From positions 5,408,001 to 5,472,000 of the forward strand of contig OZ252100.1 of NCBI GenBank assembly GCA_965248435.1: a DNA stretch of 64,000 nucleotides. The letters are read 5' to 3'. Below are positions 41,863 to 52,098 of this stretch, piece by piece. The notes under the pieces are model-generated. The model did not search any database, had not been told where the DNA came from, and saw only the letters and a list, made by a program, of their open reading frames with translations. Positions within the stretch are counted from its first letter, which is position 1. Every line of letters starts with the position of its first letter. A program made the position numbers and the translations under genes. This stretch comes from Candidatus Latescibacterota bacterium (GTDB lineage: Bacteria > Latescibacterota > UBA2968 > GCA-2709665).

Positions 41863-43056
41863 ATGGCGAAGGAGAAGTTTGACAGGTCAAAGCCTCACGT
41901 CAATATTGGGACGATCGGGCATATCGACCACGGGAAGACGACGCTTACGTCCGCGATAACGAAGACCCTGGCGGCCAAGGGGTCAGCGGAGTACTCGCCT
42001 TTCGAGTCGATTGACAAGGCGCCCGAAGAGAAGGAGCGCGGTATCACGATCAATACGGCCCACGTGGAGTATTCGACAGAAAATCGGCACTACGCCCACG
42101 TAGACTGCCCTGGCCACGCAGATTATATAAAGAACATGATCACGGGAGCGGCACAGATGGATGGCGCCATTCTTGTCGTGAGTGCTGCCGACGGGCCGAT
42201 GATCCAAACCCGGGAGCACATTCTGCTTTCTCGCCAGGTGAACGTACCCTCGATTGTCGTTTTCATGAACAAGGTAGACATGGTAGACGACCCGGAACTT
42301 TTGGACCTCGTCGAACTGGAAGTCCGTGAGCTTCTGTCCCAGTATGATTTTCCGGGAGACGACGTCCCTGTCGTTAGGGGATCAGCTTTAAAGGCGCTGG
42401 AAACCGATGATGCGGATTCCGAAGACGCGAAATGCATTATGGAGCTGTTGGAGGCTGTGGATGACTTTATTCCCATGCCTGCTCGGGACGTCGATAGGGA
42501 CTTTCTGATGCCTGTAGAAGACGTGTTCACGATCACGGGCCGCGGTACGGTCGGCACGGGAAGAATTGAGCGGGGTATCGTCAACCTGAACGAGGAAGTG
42601 GAGATTGTCGGAATTCGGGACACCCGTAAGACGGTTGTAACTGGGGTCGAAATGTTCAGAAAGCTCCTGGATCAAGGCCAAGCCGGAGATAACGTCGGAC
42701 TCTTGTTGCGGGGTGTGAACAAAGAGGACCTGGAACGCGGGATGGTCGTAGCCAAACCGGGGTCGGTGAACCCGCACGTTCACTTCAAGGGTGAAGTATA
42801 CATCCTTACCGAGAAGGAGGGGGGGCGGAGCAAGCCTTTCTTTACTGGCTACCGTCCTCAATTCTATTTCAGGACAACGGACGTGACCGGTTCCATCGAG
42901 TTGCCCGAGGGCGTAGAGATGATCATGCCCGGCGACAACGTGACGATGGATATCAAGCTCATTGTCCCTATTGCCCTTGAAGAGCAGCTTCGCTTCGCAA
43001 TTCGTGAGGGCGGAAGGACAATAGGGGCTGGCGTGGTTACCGAAATCCTAGAGTAA
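41863..43056 (+). CDS. tuf: Elongation factor Tu
   Basis: [24 protein letters not shown]. Confidence 0.99.
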   Translation: MAKEKFDRSKPHVNIGTIGHIDHGKTTLTSAITKTLAAKGSAEYSPFESIDKAPEEKERGITINTAHVEYSTENRHYAHVDCPGHADYIKNMITGAAQMDGAILVVSAADGPMIQTREHILLSRQVNVPSIVVFMNKVDMVDDPELLDLVELEVRELLSQYDFPGDDVPVVRGSALKALETDDADSEDAKCIMELLEAVDDFIPMPARDVDRDFLMPVEDVFTITGRGTVGTGRIERGIVNLNEEVEIVGIRDTRKTVVTGVEMFRKLLDQGQAGDNVGLLLRGVNKEDLERGMVVAKPGSVNPHVHFKGEVYILTEKEGGRSKPFFTGYRPQFYFRTTDVTGSIELPEGVEMIMPGDNVTMDIKLIVPIALEEQLRFAIREGGRTIGAGVVTEILE

Positions 43057-43070
43057 TCAAAGGAGAGCTT

Positions 43071-43379
43071 GTGCCCGCACAGAAGATCAGGATTCGCCTG
43101 AAGGCCTATGACCACGTGGCATTGGATCGTTCTGCCGACGAAATCGTCCGTACGGCCAAGCGAACGGGCGCGTTGATTTCAGGTCCAATCCCCTTGCCGA
43201 CTCGCCGCTCTCTTTACACAGTGCTTCGGGGACCTCACGTCGACAAAAAGTCGAGAGAACAGTTTGAGATGCGCGTACACAAACGTCTAATCGATATTCA
43301 TAACTCTACGCCTCAAACGGTCGATGCGCTGATGAAGCTGGACCTGCCGGCTGGAATCGACATTGAGATAAAGGTATAG
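43071..43379 (+). CDS. rpsJ: 30S ribosomal protein S10
   Basis: [15 protein letters not shown]. Confidence 0.98.
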   Translation: MPAQKIRIRLKAYDHVALDRSADEIVRTAKRTGALISGPIPLPTRRSLYTVLRGPHVDKKSREQFEMRVHKRLIDIHNSTPQTVDALMKLDLPAGIDIEIKV

Positions 43380-43381
43380 AC

Positions 43382-44011
43382 GTGCTCGGGCTGATAGGAA
43401 AAAAGGTGGGCATGACGCAGGCCTTCGGCGAGGGGGATGCACTTGTTCCAATCACGGTCGTTAAGGCAGGTCCGTGCCCCGTCCTGCAGATAAAAGACAA
43501 AGACCTCGACGGGTATTGTGCCCTGAGGCTTTGTTTTGGTGAGGTCCAGCCGGGTCGAGTAAACAGACCCTCTTTGAAGACATTCGAGAAGGCAGGGATC
43601 GCTGCCCATAAAGTCATTCGGGAATTTCGCCTGGAGGACGTATCGGGCTACGCAGTAGGTGATGTAGTAGATGTTTCCAAGTTCGAAGCGGGCGAAAAGG
43701 TGAACGTCACTGGGAAGTCGAAGGGGAAGGGTTTCCAGGGTGTCGTGAAACGGCACCATTTTAAGGGTGGACCGAAGACACACGGGCAATCGGACCGGCA
43801 CCGTGCGCCAGGTTCAATCGGACAGAGTTCCTATCCCTCCAGGGTGTTCAAGGGAATGCGCATGGCGGGCCATATGGGGGATCGCCGGGTTACTGTTAAG
43901 GGGCTGAGCGTTGTAGGGGTAGACAAGGACCGTGATTTGATCTTCTTGAAGGGCGCGGTGCCAGGTGCAAGGGGAGGCATTGTCGTCATCCAAAAACAGG
44001 GGAGCGCCTGA
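43382..44011 (+). CDS. rplC: 50S ribosomal protein L3
   Basis: GKKVGMTQ, SKGKGFQG, RAPGSIG. Confidence 0.98.
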   Translation: MLGLIGKKVGMTQAFGEGDALVPITVVKAGPCPVLQIKDKDLDGYCALRLCFGEVQPGRVNRPSLKTFEKAGIAAHKVIREFRLEDVSGYAVGDVVDVSKFEAGEKVNVTGKSKGKGFQGVVKRHHFKGGPKTHGQSDRHRAPGSIGQSSYPSRVFKGMRMAGHMGDRRVTVKGLSVVGVDKDRDLIFLKGAVPGARGGIVVIQKQGSA

Positions 44012-44643
44012 TGACGTCCGTTGAGGTGCAATCTTTCGAGGGGAAGGCTCTGGATAAGGTGGACCTTCCAGATGAAATATTTGGTGCCGAGCCCTCGGAC
44101 GGAGCAGTCTACCACGCGCTCAAGACCTATCATACCCACCAGCGTCAGGGCAACGCGTCCACGAAGACCCGGGGCGAGGTCCGGCTGACGAAACGGAAGA
44201 GGCATCGCCAGAAGGGCACGGGTCGCGCTCGCGTGGGAACCGCGGGTTCACCGATTCGGGTCGGTGGAGGCGTGGCTCACGGGCCGAAAACTCGTGATCT
44301 TAGGGAAAAAGTGAACAAGAAGACCAAACGGTCAGCGATTAGATCTTTGCTTTCGTCGAAAGCCGCAGAGGGCCAGATCCGCGTCCTTGAAGACTTCACT
44401 TTCGATGTCCCCAAAACGCGGCGCCTGGCTGATCTTATGAAGGTGTTCGAATTAGAGGACCGGAAGGCCCTCTTGCTGATGGAGGAGCCGTCTGATACGG
44501 TGTTCAAGTCTTCCAGAAATCTGAAGGGGTTGAGCGTACAGCCAGTCGCTCAGGTATCTGCTTTCGATCTGGCTTGGGCAGATACCGTCGTCTTTACACG
44601 GGCGGCGCTGAATCACCTCCAGATCCTTTGGGAGGCGGCATGA
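44011..44643 (+). CDS. rplD: 50S ribosomal protein L4
   Basis: QKGTGRAR, GGGVAHGP. Confidence 0.98.
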   Translation: MTSVEVQSFEGKALDKVDLPDEIFGAEPSDGAVYHALKTYHTHQRQGNASTKTRGEVRLTKRKRHRQKGTGRARVGTAGSPIRVGGGVAHGPKTRDLREKVNKKTKRSAIRSLLSSKAAEGQIRVLEDFTFDVPKTRRLADLMKVFELEDRKALLLMEEPSDTVFKSSRNLKGLSVQPVAQVSAFDLAWADTVVFTRAALNHLQILWEAA

Positions 44644-44933
44644 AGAAAGATCCAGGAAGCATCATTCGGAGACCCGTGATTACGGAGCGAGCTTCTCAGA
44701 TCCAGGAGACGAGCAACAAATATCTCTTCGAGGTTCGGAAAGACGCAAACAAGATTGAGATTCGAAAGGCAGTGGAAGAGATGTTCGCCGTCAAGGTCAC
44801 CGGAGTGAACACCACCACCGTTCACGGGAAAATGAAGCAGATGGGGCGCTTCCGAGGGCATAGTGCAAGTTGGAAAAAGGCAATCGTGACTGTGGTCGAA
44901 GGGCAGAGCATCGAATTTTTCGAGGGCGTTTAA
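44640..44933 (+). CDS. rplW: 50S ribosomal protein L23
   Basis: RPVITE, ANKIEI, WKKAIV; ATGA overlap with rplD. Confidence 0.97.
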   Translation: MKKDPGSIIRRPVITERASQIQETSNKYLFEVRKDANKIEIRKAVEEMFAVKVTGVNTTTVHGKMKQMGRFRGHSASWKKAIVTVVEGQSIEFFEGV

Positions 44934-44936
44934 AAG

Positions 44937-45767
44937 ATGGCAATCAAATCCTTCCGGCCAACGACGCCAACGCTTCGTTATAAGACCGTTTCCTCTTTTG
45001 AGGAGATCACCAAAACTAGCCCTGAAAAGGGGCTCGTTGAATTCAAGAAGAAGACCGGTGGTCGAAATAACCTGGGTCGCATTACGGCCAGGCGGCGTGG
45101 TGGGGGACATCGGAAGCGTCATCGGAAGATAGACTTTAGAAGGGAAAAACTTGGCATTCCTGCAAAGGTGCACGCGATTGAATACGACCCCAATCGATCT
45201 GCGCGGATCGCGCTGCTGCATTATGTCGATGGGGAAAAACGATACATCCTCGCTCCTGCCGAGCTTCGTGTCGGCGATCGTGTTTCGTCGGGGCCATCTT
45301 CCGATATTCGACCGGGAAATTCGCTTCCCTTGGAGAACATCCCCCTGGGCACAACCGTTCACAATGTCGAATTAAGGCCGGGTAAGGGGGGCCAGATCGG
45401 GCGGTCGGCGGGAAGCGCGATTCAGATCATGGCCAAGGAAGGAAAGTTCGCACAACTTCGGCTCCCATCCGGAGAAATGCGGCTTGTCCCAATCGTGTGC
45501 TACGCCACGGTCGGCCAGGTGGGTAACCCGGATCATGAAAATGTCGTATTGGGTAAGGCGGGGCGCTCCCGGTGGCTCGGGCGGAGGCCTTCCGTTCGGG
45601 GTGTGGCCATGAACCCTATCGATCACCCTCATGGTGGTGGAGAGGGGAAAAGCTCAGGCGGCGGGCATCCGCGTACGCCATGGGGAAAACCCACGAAGGG
45701 CTATAAAACGCGGAAACACAAAAAGTTATCAGATCGATACATCGTCCGAAGACGCAAGAAAGGTTAA
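44937..45767 (+). CDS. rplB: 50S ribosomal protein L2
   Basis: [20 protein letters not shown]. Confidence 0.99.
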   Translation: MAIKSFRPTTPTLRYKTVSSFEEITKTSPEKGLVEFKKKTGGRNNLGRITARRRGGGHRKRHRKIDFRREKLGIPAKVHAIEYDPNRSARIALLHYVDGEKRYILAPAELRVGDRVSSGPSSDIRPGNSLPLENIPLGTTVHNVELRPGKGGQIGRSAGSAIQIMAKEGKFAQLRLPSGEMRLVPIVCYATVGQVGNPDHENVVLGKAGRSRWLGRRPSVRGVAMNPIDHPHGGGEGKSSGGGHPRTPWGKPTKGYKTRKHKKLSDRYIVRRRKKG

Positions 45768-45768
45768 C

Positions 45769-46056
45769 ATGGGTCGCTCGCTCAAGAAGGGTCCGTACGT
45801 GGACCCCAAACTGCTGGAGAAGATTGAGCAGATGAACAAGACGGGAAACAAGAGAGTGATTCAAACGTGGAGTAGGAGGTGCACGATCTCTCCCGAATTT
45901 GTTGGACACACTCTGGCCGTTCATAATGGAAATAAATTCATCCCGGTTTACATCACGGAAAACATGGTCGGACATAAGCTCGGCGAATTTGCGCCGACCA
46001 GAACATTCAGAGGCCACAGCGGGGCAGTAACGGAGCGGTCTACAACTCTGAAATAA
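45769..46056 (+). CDS. rpsS: 30S ribosomal protein S19
   Basis: RSLKKGP, GHKLGEF; ATG 45769. Confidence 0.98.
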   Translation: MGRSLKKGPYVDPKLLEKIEQMNKTGNKRVIQTWSRRCTISPEFVGHTLAVHNGNKFIPVYITENMVGHKLGEFAPTRTFRGHSGAVTERSTTLK

Positions 46057-46073
46057 GAGAGTGGGCGGTATCG

Positions 46074-46415
46074 GTGGAAGCAAAGGCAATAGCACGCTAT
46101 GTGAAAATCTCGCCGCGTAAGGCCGGACAGGCGGCCGATTTGATACGGGGGAAGGCAGTTGAAGAAGCCTTCAACATCCTTCATTTCACCCAGAAAAAGG
46201 CCGCACGGTTGGTTGAGCGCACACTGCGATCCGCAGTGGCAAATGCAATCAACCGTGAAGAAGTTTCCGTGAACGAAGAAGATCTTTTTGTCAAGGAGGT
46301 CTACGTGAACGGAGCGATCGCATACAAGCGCCTGCGGCCTATGCCGAGGGGCGCTGCAGGGCAAATCCGAAAACGGTGTAGCCATATTACGCTCATCGTT
46401 TCAGACGTAAATTAG
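46074..46415 (+). CDS. rplV: 50S ribosomal protein L22
   Basis: ISPRK, SAVANA, SHIT. Confidence 0.97.
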   Translation: MEAKAIARYVKISPRKAGQAADLIRGKAVEEAFNILHFTQKKAARLVERTLRSAVANAINREEVSVNEEDLFVKEVYVNGAIAYKRLRPMPRGAAGQIRKRCSHITLIVSDVN

Positions 46416-46427
46416 ACGGAGGCTACC

Positions 46428-47078
46428 TTGGGCCAAAAGACACATCCTGTCGGGTTTAGATTGGGAATCGTGAAAGACTGGAGTTCTAGGTGGTTCGCGG
46501 GCCGTGATTTTCCAGAACTGCTACAGGAAGATCTCATGTTGAGGTGCTATATCAAAAGCAGGCTGCAACGCGCGAGCGTAGCAGCAGTAGATATCGAGAG
46601 GGCCCCGAAGCGAGTAACGATTTCAATCCACACTGCACGGCCCGGGATTGTCATTGGACGCAAGGGCGCCGAAGTTGACAAACTTCGCGACGAATTGAAG
46701 CATATAACGGGGAAAGAAATCTACATAAACATCCAGGAAATCAAGCGTGCGGAGCTCACGGCACAACTCGTTGCAGACAACATTGCGCGCCAACTTGAGC
46801 AGCGCGTATCCTTCCGCAGAGCTATGAAAAAGGCAGTCGCCTCTTCTATGAGAATGGGTGCCGAGGGAATTAAGGTTGTTTGTGCAGGCCGCTTGGGCGG
46901 AGCTGAAATGTCACGAACCGAGAAATCGGAACCTGCAGGAAGGGTGCCACTTCACACTCTGCGGGCCGATATCGACTACGCCAGGTCTACGGCTTTTACG
47001 ACCTCTGGAACTATCGGGGTGAAGGTCTGGATTTGCAACGGAGAGATTGTTGATGCGGGAGAGCCTGTCCAGAACTAG
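46428..47078 (+). CDS. rpsC: 30S ribosomal protein S3
   Basis: [25 protein letters not shown]. Confidence 0.98.
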   Translation: MGQKTHPVGFRLGIVKDWSSRWFAGRDFPELLQEDLMLRCYIKSRLQRASVAAVDIERAPKRVTISIHTARPGIVIGRKGAEVDKLRDELKHITGKEIYINIQEIKRAELTAQLVADNIARQLEQRVSFRRAMKKAVASSMRMGAEGIKVVCAGRLGGAEMSRTEKSEPAGRVPLHTLRADIDYARSTAFTTSGTIGVKVWICNGEIVDAGEPVQN

Positions 47079-47105
47079 GTTTGAGCACTATGGGTGGCAG
47101 CCGAT

Positions 47106-47525
47106 ATGTTGATGCCCAAACGGATTAAATGGCGAAAGCAGCAAAGGGGGCGAATGCGAGGAACCCCTTTGAGGGGCTCCAGAGTGGCCTTTGGGGAGTT
47201 TGGGTTACAGGCCCTCGCACCTGCCTGGATCACTAGTCGCCAGATAGAAGCAGCAAGAATCGCGATTACACGTTCTTTGGGGAGGAGCGGAAAGGTCTGG
47301 ATTCGGGTCTTTCCAGATAAGCCGGTTACGGTCAAACCAGCCGAGACCCGAATGGGCAAAGGCAAGGGAAACCCTGAATTCTGGGTCGTCGTCGTGAAAC
47401 CGGGACGGATTCTATTCGAGATAGAGGGGGTCTTGCAGGACGCCGCCCGCGAGGCGATGCGCCTGGCTGGCCACAAATTGCCGATTAAGACCCGATTTGT
47501 GGAACGAAGAAGCGAGATCGAATGA
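47106..47525 (+). CDS. rplP: 50S ribosomal protein L16
   Basis: MLMPKR, RMGKGKG; ATG 47106. Confidence 0.98.
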   Translation: MLMPKRIKWRKQQRGRMRGTPLRGSRVAFGEFGLQALAPAWITSRQIEAARIAITRSLGRSGKVWIRVFPDKPVTVKPAETRMGKGKGNPEFWVVVVKPGRILFEIEGVLQDAAREAMRLAGHKLPIKTRFVERRSEIE

Positions 47526-47773
47526 AACCATCAGAAATCCGTCAAATGAGCTACGGGGAAGTGAAGCAACTCCTCAATGATAAGGAAGAGGAGCTTTCTC
47601 ATCTTCGATTGCAGTTGGCAACTCGGCAACTTGATAATCCGCTGACGGTCAACCACGCACGTCGAGATGTGGCACGAATCACGACGGTTTTGCACGAGCA
47701 CGATCTCGGCATTCGAGCCCTGGCCGGGGGCAGTGAAGCGGATACGGGGGCTGAAGAGTCGAAGGAGGGTTGA
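47522..47773 (+). CDS. rpmC: 50S ribosomal protein L29 with C-terminal extension
   Basis: [18 protein letters not shown]; synteny. Confidence 0.93.
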   Translation: MKPSEIRQMSYGEVKQLLNDKEEELSHLRLQLATRQLDNPLTVNHARRDVARITTVLHEHDLGIRALAGGSEADTGAEESKEG

Positions 47774-47778
47774 TCTTT

Positions 47779-48045
47779 ATGGCTCAGAGTCAAAAGCCTG
47801 GGCAACGTAAGACCTTTACTGGAAGGGTGGTAGGTGATCGTTCGAACAAGACGATTGTCGTAGAAGTGTTGCGCCGCGTCCCCCATAGACTCTACGGGAA
47901 GGTGATTTCCCGTCGGTCCAAGTTTTCTGCACACGACGAAGAGAACAGCGCCAAACAGGGAGATCAGGTGTTGATTGCAGAGACGCGTCCGTTGAGCAAG
48001 AGTAAGCGTTGGCGACTCGTTGAAGTGGTGAAGAGGGCACAGTAG
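47779..48045 (+). CDS. rpsQ: 30S ribosomal protein S17
   Basis: [17 protein letters not shown]. Confidence 0.98.
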   Translation: MAQSQKPGQRKTFTGRVVGDRSNKTIVVEVLRRVPHRLYGKVISRRSKFSAHDEENSAKQGDQVLIAETRPLSKSKRWRLVEVVKRAQ

Positions 48046-48057
48046 GCAGGAAACGTA

Positions 48058-48426
48058 ATGGTCAGAGAATACACAGTCCTAAACTGCGCAGATAACAGCG
48101 GCGCCCGAAAGGTTATGTGCTTCAGGGTGCTTGGTGGCACCAGGAGGAGATACGCCGGGCTGGGAGATACGATCGTGGTTTCAGTAAAGGATGCACAGCC
48201 GAACAGTGGTGTCAAGAAGGGGGAGGTTGCGCGCGCCGTAGTCGTCCGAACAAAGAAGGAAGTTCGTCGTATGGACGGGTCTTACATCCGGTTTGATGAC
48301 AATGCCGTTGTGCTGATCGGGACTGAAGGGGAGCCGCGGGGAACGCGAATCTTTGGCCCTGTCGCCAGGGAGCTACGCGAAAAGCGTCATATGCGCATCG
48401 TTTCTCTTGCTGCTGAGGTCGTTTAA
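48058..48426 (+). CDS. rplN: 50S ribosomal protein L14
   Basis: [18 protein letters not shown]. Confidence 0.98.
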   Translation: MVREYTVLNCADNSGARKVMCFRVLGGTRRRYAGLGDTIVVSVKDAQPNSGVKKGEVARAVVVRTKKEVRRMDGSYIRFDDNAVVLIGTEGEPRGTRIFGPVARELREKRHMRIVSLAAEVV

Positions 48427-48436
48427 GGATGCGACG

Positions 48437-48763
48437 ATGAAGACGCGGATTCGTAAAGATGATCTCGTTGAAGTCATTAGTGGTGTGGACAAGGGGCGGC
48501 GAGGTAGGGTCCTGAAAGTGTTTCCGAAAGACGACCGTGCGCTGGTGGAGGGGGCCAACTTTATTAAGCGGCATACAAAACCGAGCCAAAAGAATCAGCA
48601 GGGAGGTATTATTGAGAAAGAAGCACCCATGTACCTCTCCAAGCTGATGCTCGTTGACCCCCAAACAGAAGAGAGAACGCGTGTAAGGTATCAACAGCTG
48701 GAAGACGGCTCTCGCATACGAATTGCCGTGAAGAGCGGAGACCAGATTCCTGATCAAAGTTGA
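48437..48763 (+). CDS. rplX: 50S ribosomal protein L24
   Basis: KOW motif [19 protein letters not shown]; ATG 48437. Confidence 0.97.
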   Translation: MKTRIRKDDLVEVISGVDKGRRGRVLKVFPKDDRALVEGANFIKRHTKPSQKNQQGGIIEKEAPMYLSKLMLVDPQTEERTRVRYQQLEDGSRIRIAVKSGDQIPDQS

Positions 48764-48773
48764 GGAGAGAGAT

Positions 48774-49331
48774 GTGTCAACGCGATTAAAAGAGATGTAT
48801 GTGAAGGACATCACAGAGTCTATGATTAAGAGGTTCGGATACAAGAACAGGATGCAGGTGCCAAGACCGAAAAAGATCGTCTTGAACATGGGCATTGGAC
48901 AGGCCATTCAAAACCCCAAGGCGATGGACGGTGCTGTCTCAGACCTTTCCAAGATCACGGGCCAGCGACCATCTATTCGTCGAGCTAAGAAATCTGTTTC
49001 AAATTTCAAGCTTAGATCAGGCATGCCAATCGGTTGCATGGTGACCCTTAGACAGGACCGGATGTTTGAATTTCTCGATCGATTTCTAACCGTGGCCATT
49101 CCCAGAATTCGGGATTTTCGAGGTCTTTCACCCGACTCATTCGACGGACGTGGTAACTATTCTGTTGGAATCCAGGAGCAGATTATCTTTCCTGAAATCG
49201 ATTATGATGCGATTGACGAGGTTCGCGGACTTGATGTTACTATCGTAACAAGCGCCAAAACCGATGAAGAGGCGTTTGAACTCCTCAAGGGATTCGGAAT
49301 GCCCTTTCGGACTGTCGAGGCAGCAGCCTAA
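48774..49331 (+). CDS. rplE: 50S ribosomal protein L5
   Basis: [19 protein letters not shown]. Confidence 0.98.
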   Translation: MSTRLKEMYVKDITESMIKRFGYKNRMQVPRPKKIVLNMGIGQAIQNPKAMDGAVSDLSKITGQRPSIRRAKKSVSNFKLRSGMPIGCMVTLRQDRMFEFLDRFLTVAIPRIRDFRGLSPDSFDGRGNYSVGIQEQIIFPEIDYDAIDEVRGLDVTIVTSAKTDEEAFELLKGFGMPFRTVEAAA

Positions 49332-49346
49332 AGATCTGGAGTCGAT

Positions 49347-49532
49347 GTGGCGAAAAAATCACTGTTAGCCAAGGCTCAGCGGAATCCTAAGTTTAAGGTG
49401 CGCAAGTATAACAGGTGTAAACGTTGCGGTCGACCTCGGGCGTACCTGCGTCGCTTTGGGTTGTGTCGAATCTGTTTCAGAGAACTGGCGCTGGCGGGAG
49501 AAGTGCCTGGCGTGACAAAAGCGAGTTGGTAG
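49347..49532 (+). CDS. rpsN: 30S ribosomal protein S14, type Z
   Basis: RCKRCGR...LCRICFRE. Confidence 0.98.
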   Translation: MAKKSLLAKAQRNPKFKVRKYNRCKRCGRPRAYLRRFGLCRICFRELALAGEVPGVTKASW

Positions 49533-49540
49533 GAGGTAGA

Positions 49541-49939
49541 TTGGGCAAAACAGATCCAATTGCAGACATGCTGACCCGAATTCGAAATGGTACGAGGGCC
49601 GGCCATCGGAAGGTAGATGTTCCGAGTTCCAAGATGAAACAAGAAATCGCCCGAATTCTAAGGGACAGAGGATTTGTCCACAACTTTGCCTACGTGGATG
49701 ACGACAGGCAGGGTTATCTGCGAATCTATCTTAAATACAATATGGAAGAGGAATGTGCCATCCAGGGGTTGAAGCGAGAAAGCCGGCCTGGGTTGCGGAA
49801 ATATGTCGGAAAGGGCAAAATCCCTAGAGTCCTGAACGGATTAGGGGTCGCAGTCGTATCCACATCTAGGGGAGTCATGGGCGGTGAAGAAGCCAGGAGG
49901 GCGGGCGTCGGGGGAGAGTTCATCTGCAGCATTTGGTAG
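49541..49939 (+). CDS. rpsH: 30S ribosomal protein S8
   Basis: [18 protein letters not shown]; TTG 49541 after AGGAGG. Confidence 0.98.
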   Translation: MGKTDPIADMLTRIRNGTRAGHRKVDVPSSKMKQEIARILRDRGFVHNFAYVDDDRQGYLRIYLKYNMEEECAIQGLKRESRPGLRKYVGKGKIPRVLNGLGVAVVSTSRGVMGGEEARRAGVGGEFICSIW

Positions 49940-49957
49940 TAGATTTGGAGATACTTC

Positions 49958-50524
49958 GTGTCTCGAATTGGAAAGCAGCCTGTATCCTTACCTGAAGGTG
50001 TTGACATTACCCTTAGTGATGGGCACGTGACGGTCAAAGGGCCGAACGGAGAATTGGGGGTAACGGTACACTCGACGGCCGAAATTCGGCAAGAAGGAAA
50101 CACACTCCATGTGGCGTCAAAACGCCCGGACGATCGGAAAGCCAGGGCGATTTGGGGTCTGACGCGCGCCCTGCTGGCCAACGCGGTGGAGGGCGTCAGC
50201 AAAGGGTTCGAAAAGAGGCTGGTTGTCGTAGGCATCGGATATCGTGCGGATGTGAAGGCCGAGAATCTCGAACTTCAGGTCGGATACAGCCACCCTGTTC
50301 TGGTCAAACCCGAAGCCGGCATTAATTTTAGCGTCGACGCGGCTCCGTCGAACCTGGAGGGCGCGCAGGCATCAATAATCGTGAGCGGGGCCGACAAAGA
50401 ACTTGTGGGCAGGGTTGCAGCCAATCTTCGAAAGGTTCGTCCGCCCGAACCCTACAAGGGAAAAGGCATAAGATACGACGGCGAATTCGTCCGACGAAAG
50501 GTTGGAAAAGCTTCAGTAACTTAA
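49958..50524 (+). CDS. rplF: 50S ribosomal protein L6
   Basis: [14 protein letters not shown]. Confidence 0.98.
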   Translation: MSRIGKQPVSLPEGVDITLSDGHVTVKGPNGELGVTVHSTAEIRQEGNTLHVASKRPDDRKARAIWGLTRALLANAVEGVSKGFEKRLVVVGIGYRADVKAENLELQVGYSHPVLVKPEAGINFSVDAAPSNLEGAQASIIVSGADKELVGRVAANLRKVRPPEPYKGKGIRYDGEFVRRKVGKASVT

Positions 50525-50540
50525 CGGGGCAGGACGGCAG

Positions 50541-50921
50541 ATGCGAGTCACAGGGTATAAGAACAAAAATGCTTGGCTACTCAGACGCCGACACTTGCGA
50601 ATTCGAAAGAAGATTGGCGGGACAGCCGATCGACCTCGTCTAGCCGTTTCCCGCAGCCTCAGGCACATCCAAGCACAACTCATAGATGACACGACGGGAA
50701 AGAGTTTCTTGGGATTATCGAGCTATTCTAAAGAGGTCCGCGAAAAGCTCGCATCGATAAAGGGAAAATGCGAAAAGAGTCGGGAAGTGGGTCGGTTGCT
50801 TGCCGCGAAGGCCCGTGAGGAGGGTATCACAAATGTTGTATTCGATCGCGGCGGATTTATCTACCACGGACGTGTAAAGGCTTTGGCCGAGGGCGCGAGA
50901 GAGGCTGGGTTGAAATTCTGA
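50541..50921 (+). CDS. rplR: 50S ribosomal protein L18
   Basis: RPRL, FDRGG..YHGRV. Confidence 0.98.
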   Translation: MRVTGYKNKNAWLLRRRHLRIRKKIGGTADRPRLAVSRSLRHIQAQLIDDTTGKSFLGLSSYSKEVREKLASIKGKCEKSREVGRLLAAKAREEGITNVVFDRGGFIYHGRVKALAEGAREAGLKF

Positions 50922-50936
50922 TAACTTGGAGGGACT

Positions 50937-51440
50937 TTGGCTAGAATTGACCCCGCGGGTCTGGATCTGACAGAGGTCGTAATCAACAATGCCCTAAAGC
51001 GAGTCTCGCACGTACGGAAGGGTGGGCGCCGCTTTGCGTTCAATGCGATGGTCGTTGTCGGCAACAAACAAGGGTGTGTCGGGGCCGGGATGGGAAAGGC
51101 AGGCGAAATCTCTGAGGCCATTCGAAAGGCTACCGAGAATGCAAAGAAGAACCTGGTGCGGGTGCCGATTCAAAATGGCACGATTCCCCATCAAGTGATG
51201 GGGCACTTTGGCGCAGCAAAGGTTCTATTGAAGCCTGCTGCCCCTGGGACCGGTGTTATTGCGGGTGGGGGTATCCGCGCCGTGCTGGAGCTGGCAGGCG
51301 TGCAAAACATTTTGACCAAGTCCCTTGGTTCACAGAACTCACACAATACCATCAAGGCAACGTTGGTTGGGCTCCAGGGGCTACGGGACGCAAAAGGGTT
51401 CGCAAAACTGCGGAATGTGGATGTAACCGAATTGAGGTAA
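50937..51440 (+). CDS. rpsE: 30S ribosomal protein S5
   Basis: [12 protein letters not shown]. Confidence 0.98.
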   Translation: MARIDPAGLDLTEVVINNALKRVSHVRKGGRRFAFNAMVVVGNKQGCVGAGMGKAGEISEAIRKATENAKKNLVRVPIQNGTIPHQVMGHFGAAKVLLKPAAPGTGVIAGGGIRAVLELAGVQNILTKSLGSQNSHNTIKATLVGLQGLRDAKGFAKLRNVDVTELR

Positions 51441-51446
51441 TGGTGC

Positions 51447-51638
51447 GTGGAAAAGAATGAGAAGACCCTGCGGATTACACAAGTCCGAAGCACTATCAAT
51501 CGGTTGGAAAAACAGCGTAGGACCCTCAGGGCACTGGGAATTCTTCGGATGCATCACACGGTTGAGCATCGGGAGACGCCGCAAATTCGAGGGATGTTGA
51601 ACAAGGTGTCTCATTTGGTTGTCGTGGAAGAGGTGTGA
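51447..51638 (+). CDS. rpmD: 50S ribosomal protein L30
   Basis: ITQVRS, RGM..KV.HL. Confidence 0.96.
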   Translation: MEKNEKTLRITQVRSTINRLEKQRRTLRALGILRMHHTVEHRETPQIRGMLNKVSHLVVVEEV

Positions 51639-52096
51639 TGAAACTTTCAGAGATCAAGGCTCCAAAAGGGGCGAGGCGGAAACGGAAACGGGTGGGATGC
51701 GGCCAAGGTTCTGGACACGGGAAGACGAGCTGCAGAGGGCACAAAGGCCAAAAGTCGCGCTCCGGTTCGAAGTCTAGAGCGTGGTTTGAGGGCGGTCAAA
51801 TGCCTCTGCAAAGGCGTCTACCAAAGGTAGGGTTCAACAATCGCTTCAGGACGGTTTATCAAATTGTCAATCTGGAAGATTTGGCCCGAGTGTCGGGCGA
51901 GATAACGCCGAAAACTTTAAAGGATGCGGGCCTCATTGGATCTTCGAAGGAGCTCGTCAAGATTCTTGGCAAGGGGGAAGTTTCTGAGGCTTTGAACGTC
52001 AGGGTCCATGCCATATCTGCGTCAGCGGCGGAAAAGATCTCCAAAGTTGGCGGAAAGGTAGAGATCGTGTCCAAAGGTGCCTCGAAGAAAGACTAG
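51638..52096 (+). CDS. rplO: 50S ribosomal protein L15
   Basis: GHKGQKSRSG, FEGGQMPL. Confidence 0.98.
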   Translation: MKLSEIKAPKGARRKRKRVGCGQGSGHGKTSCRGHKGQKSRSGSKSRAWFEGGQMPLQRRLPKVGFNNRFRTVYQIVNLEDLARVSGEITPKTLKDAGLIGSSKELVKILGKGEVSEALNVRVHAISASAAEKISKVGGKVEIVSKGASKKD

Positions 52097-52098
52097 AA

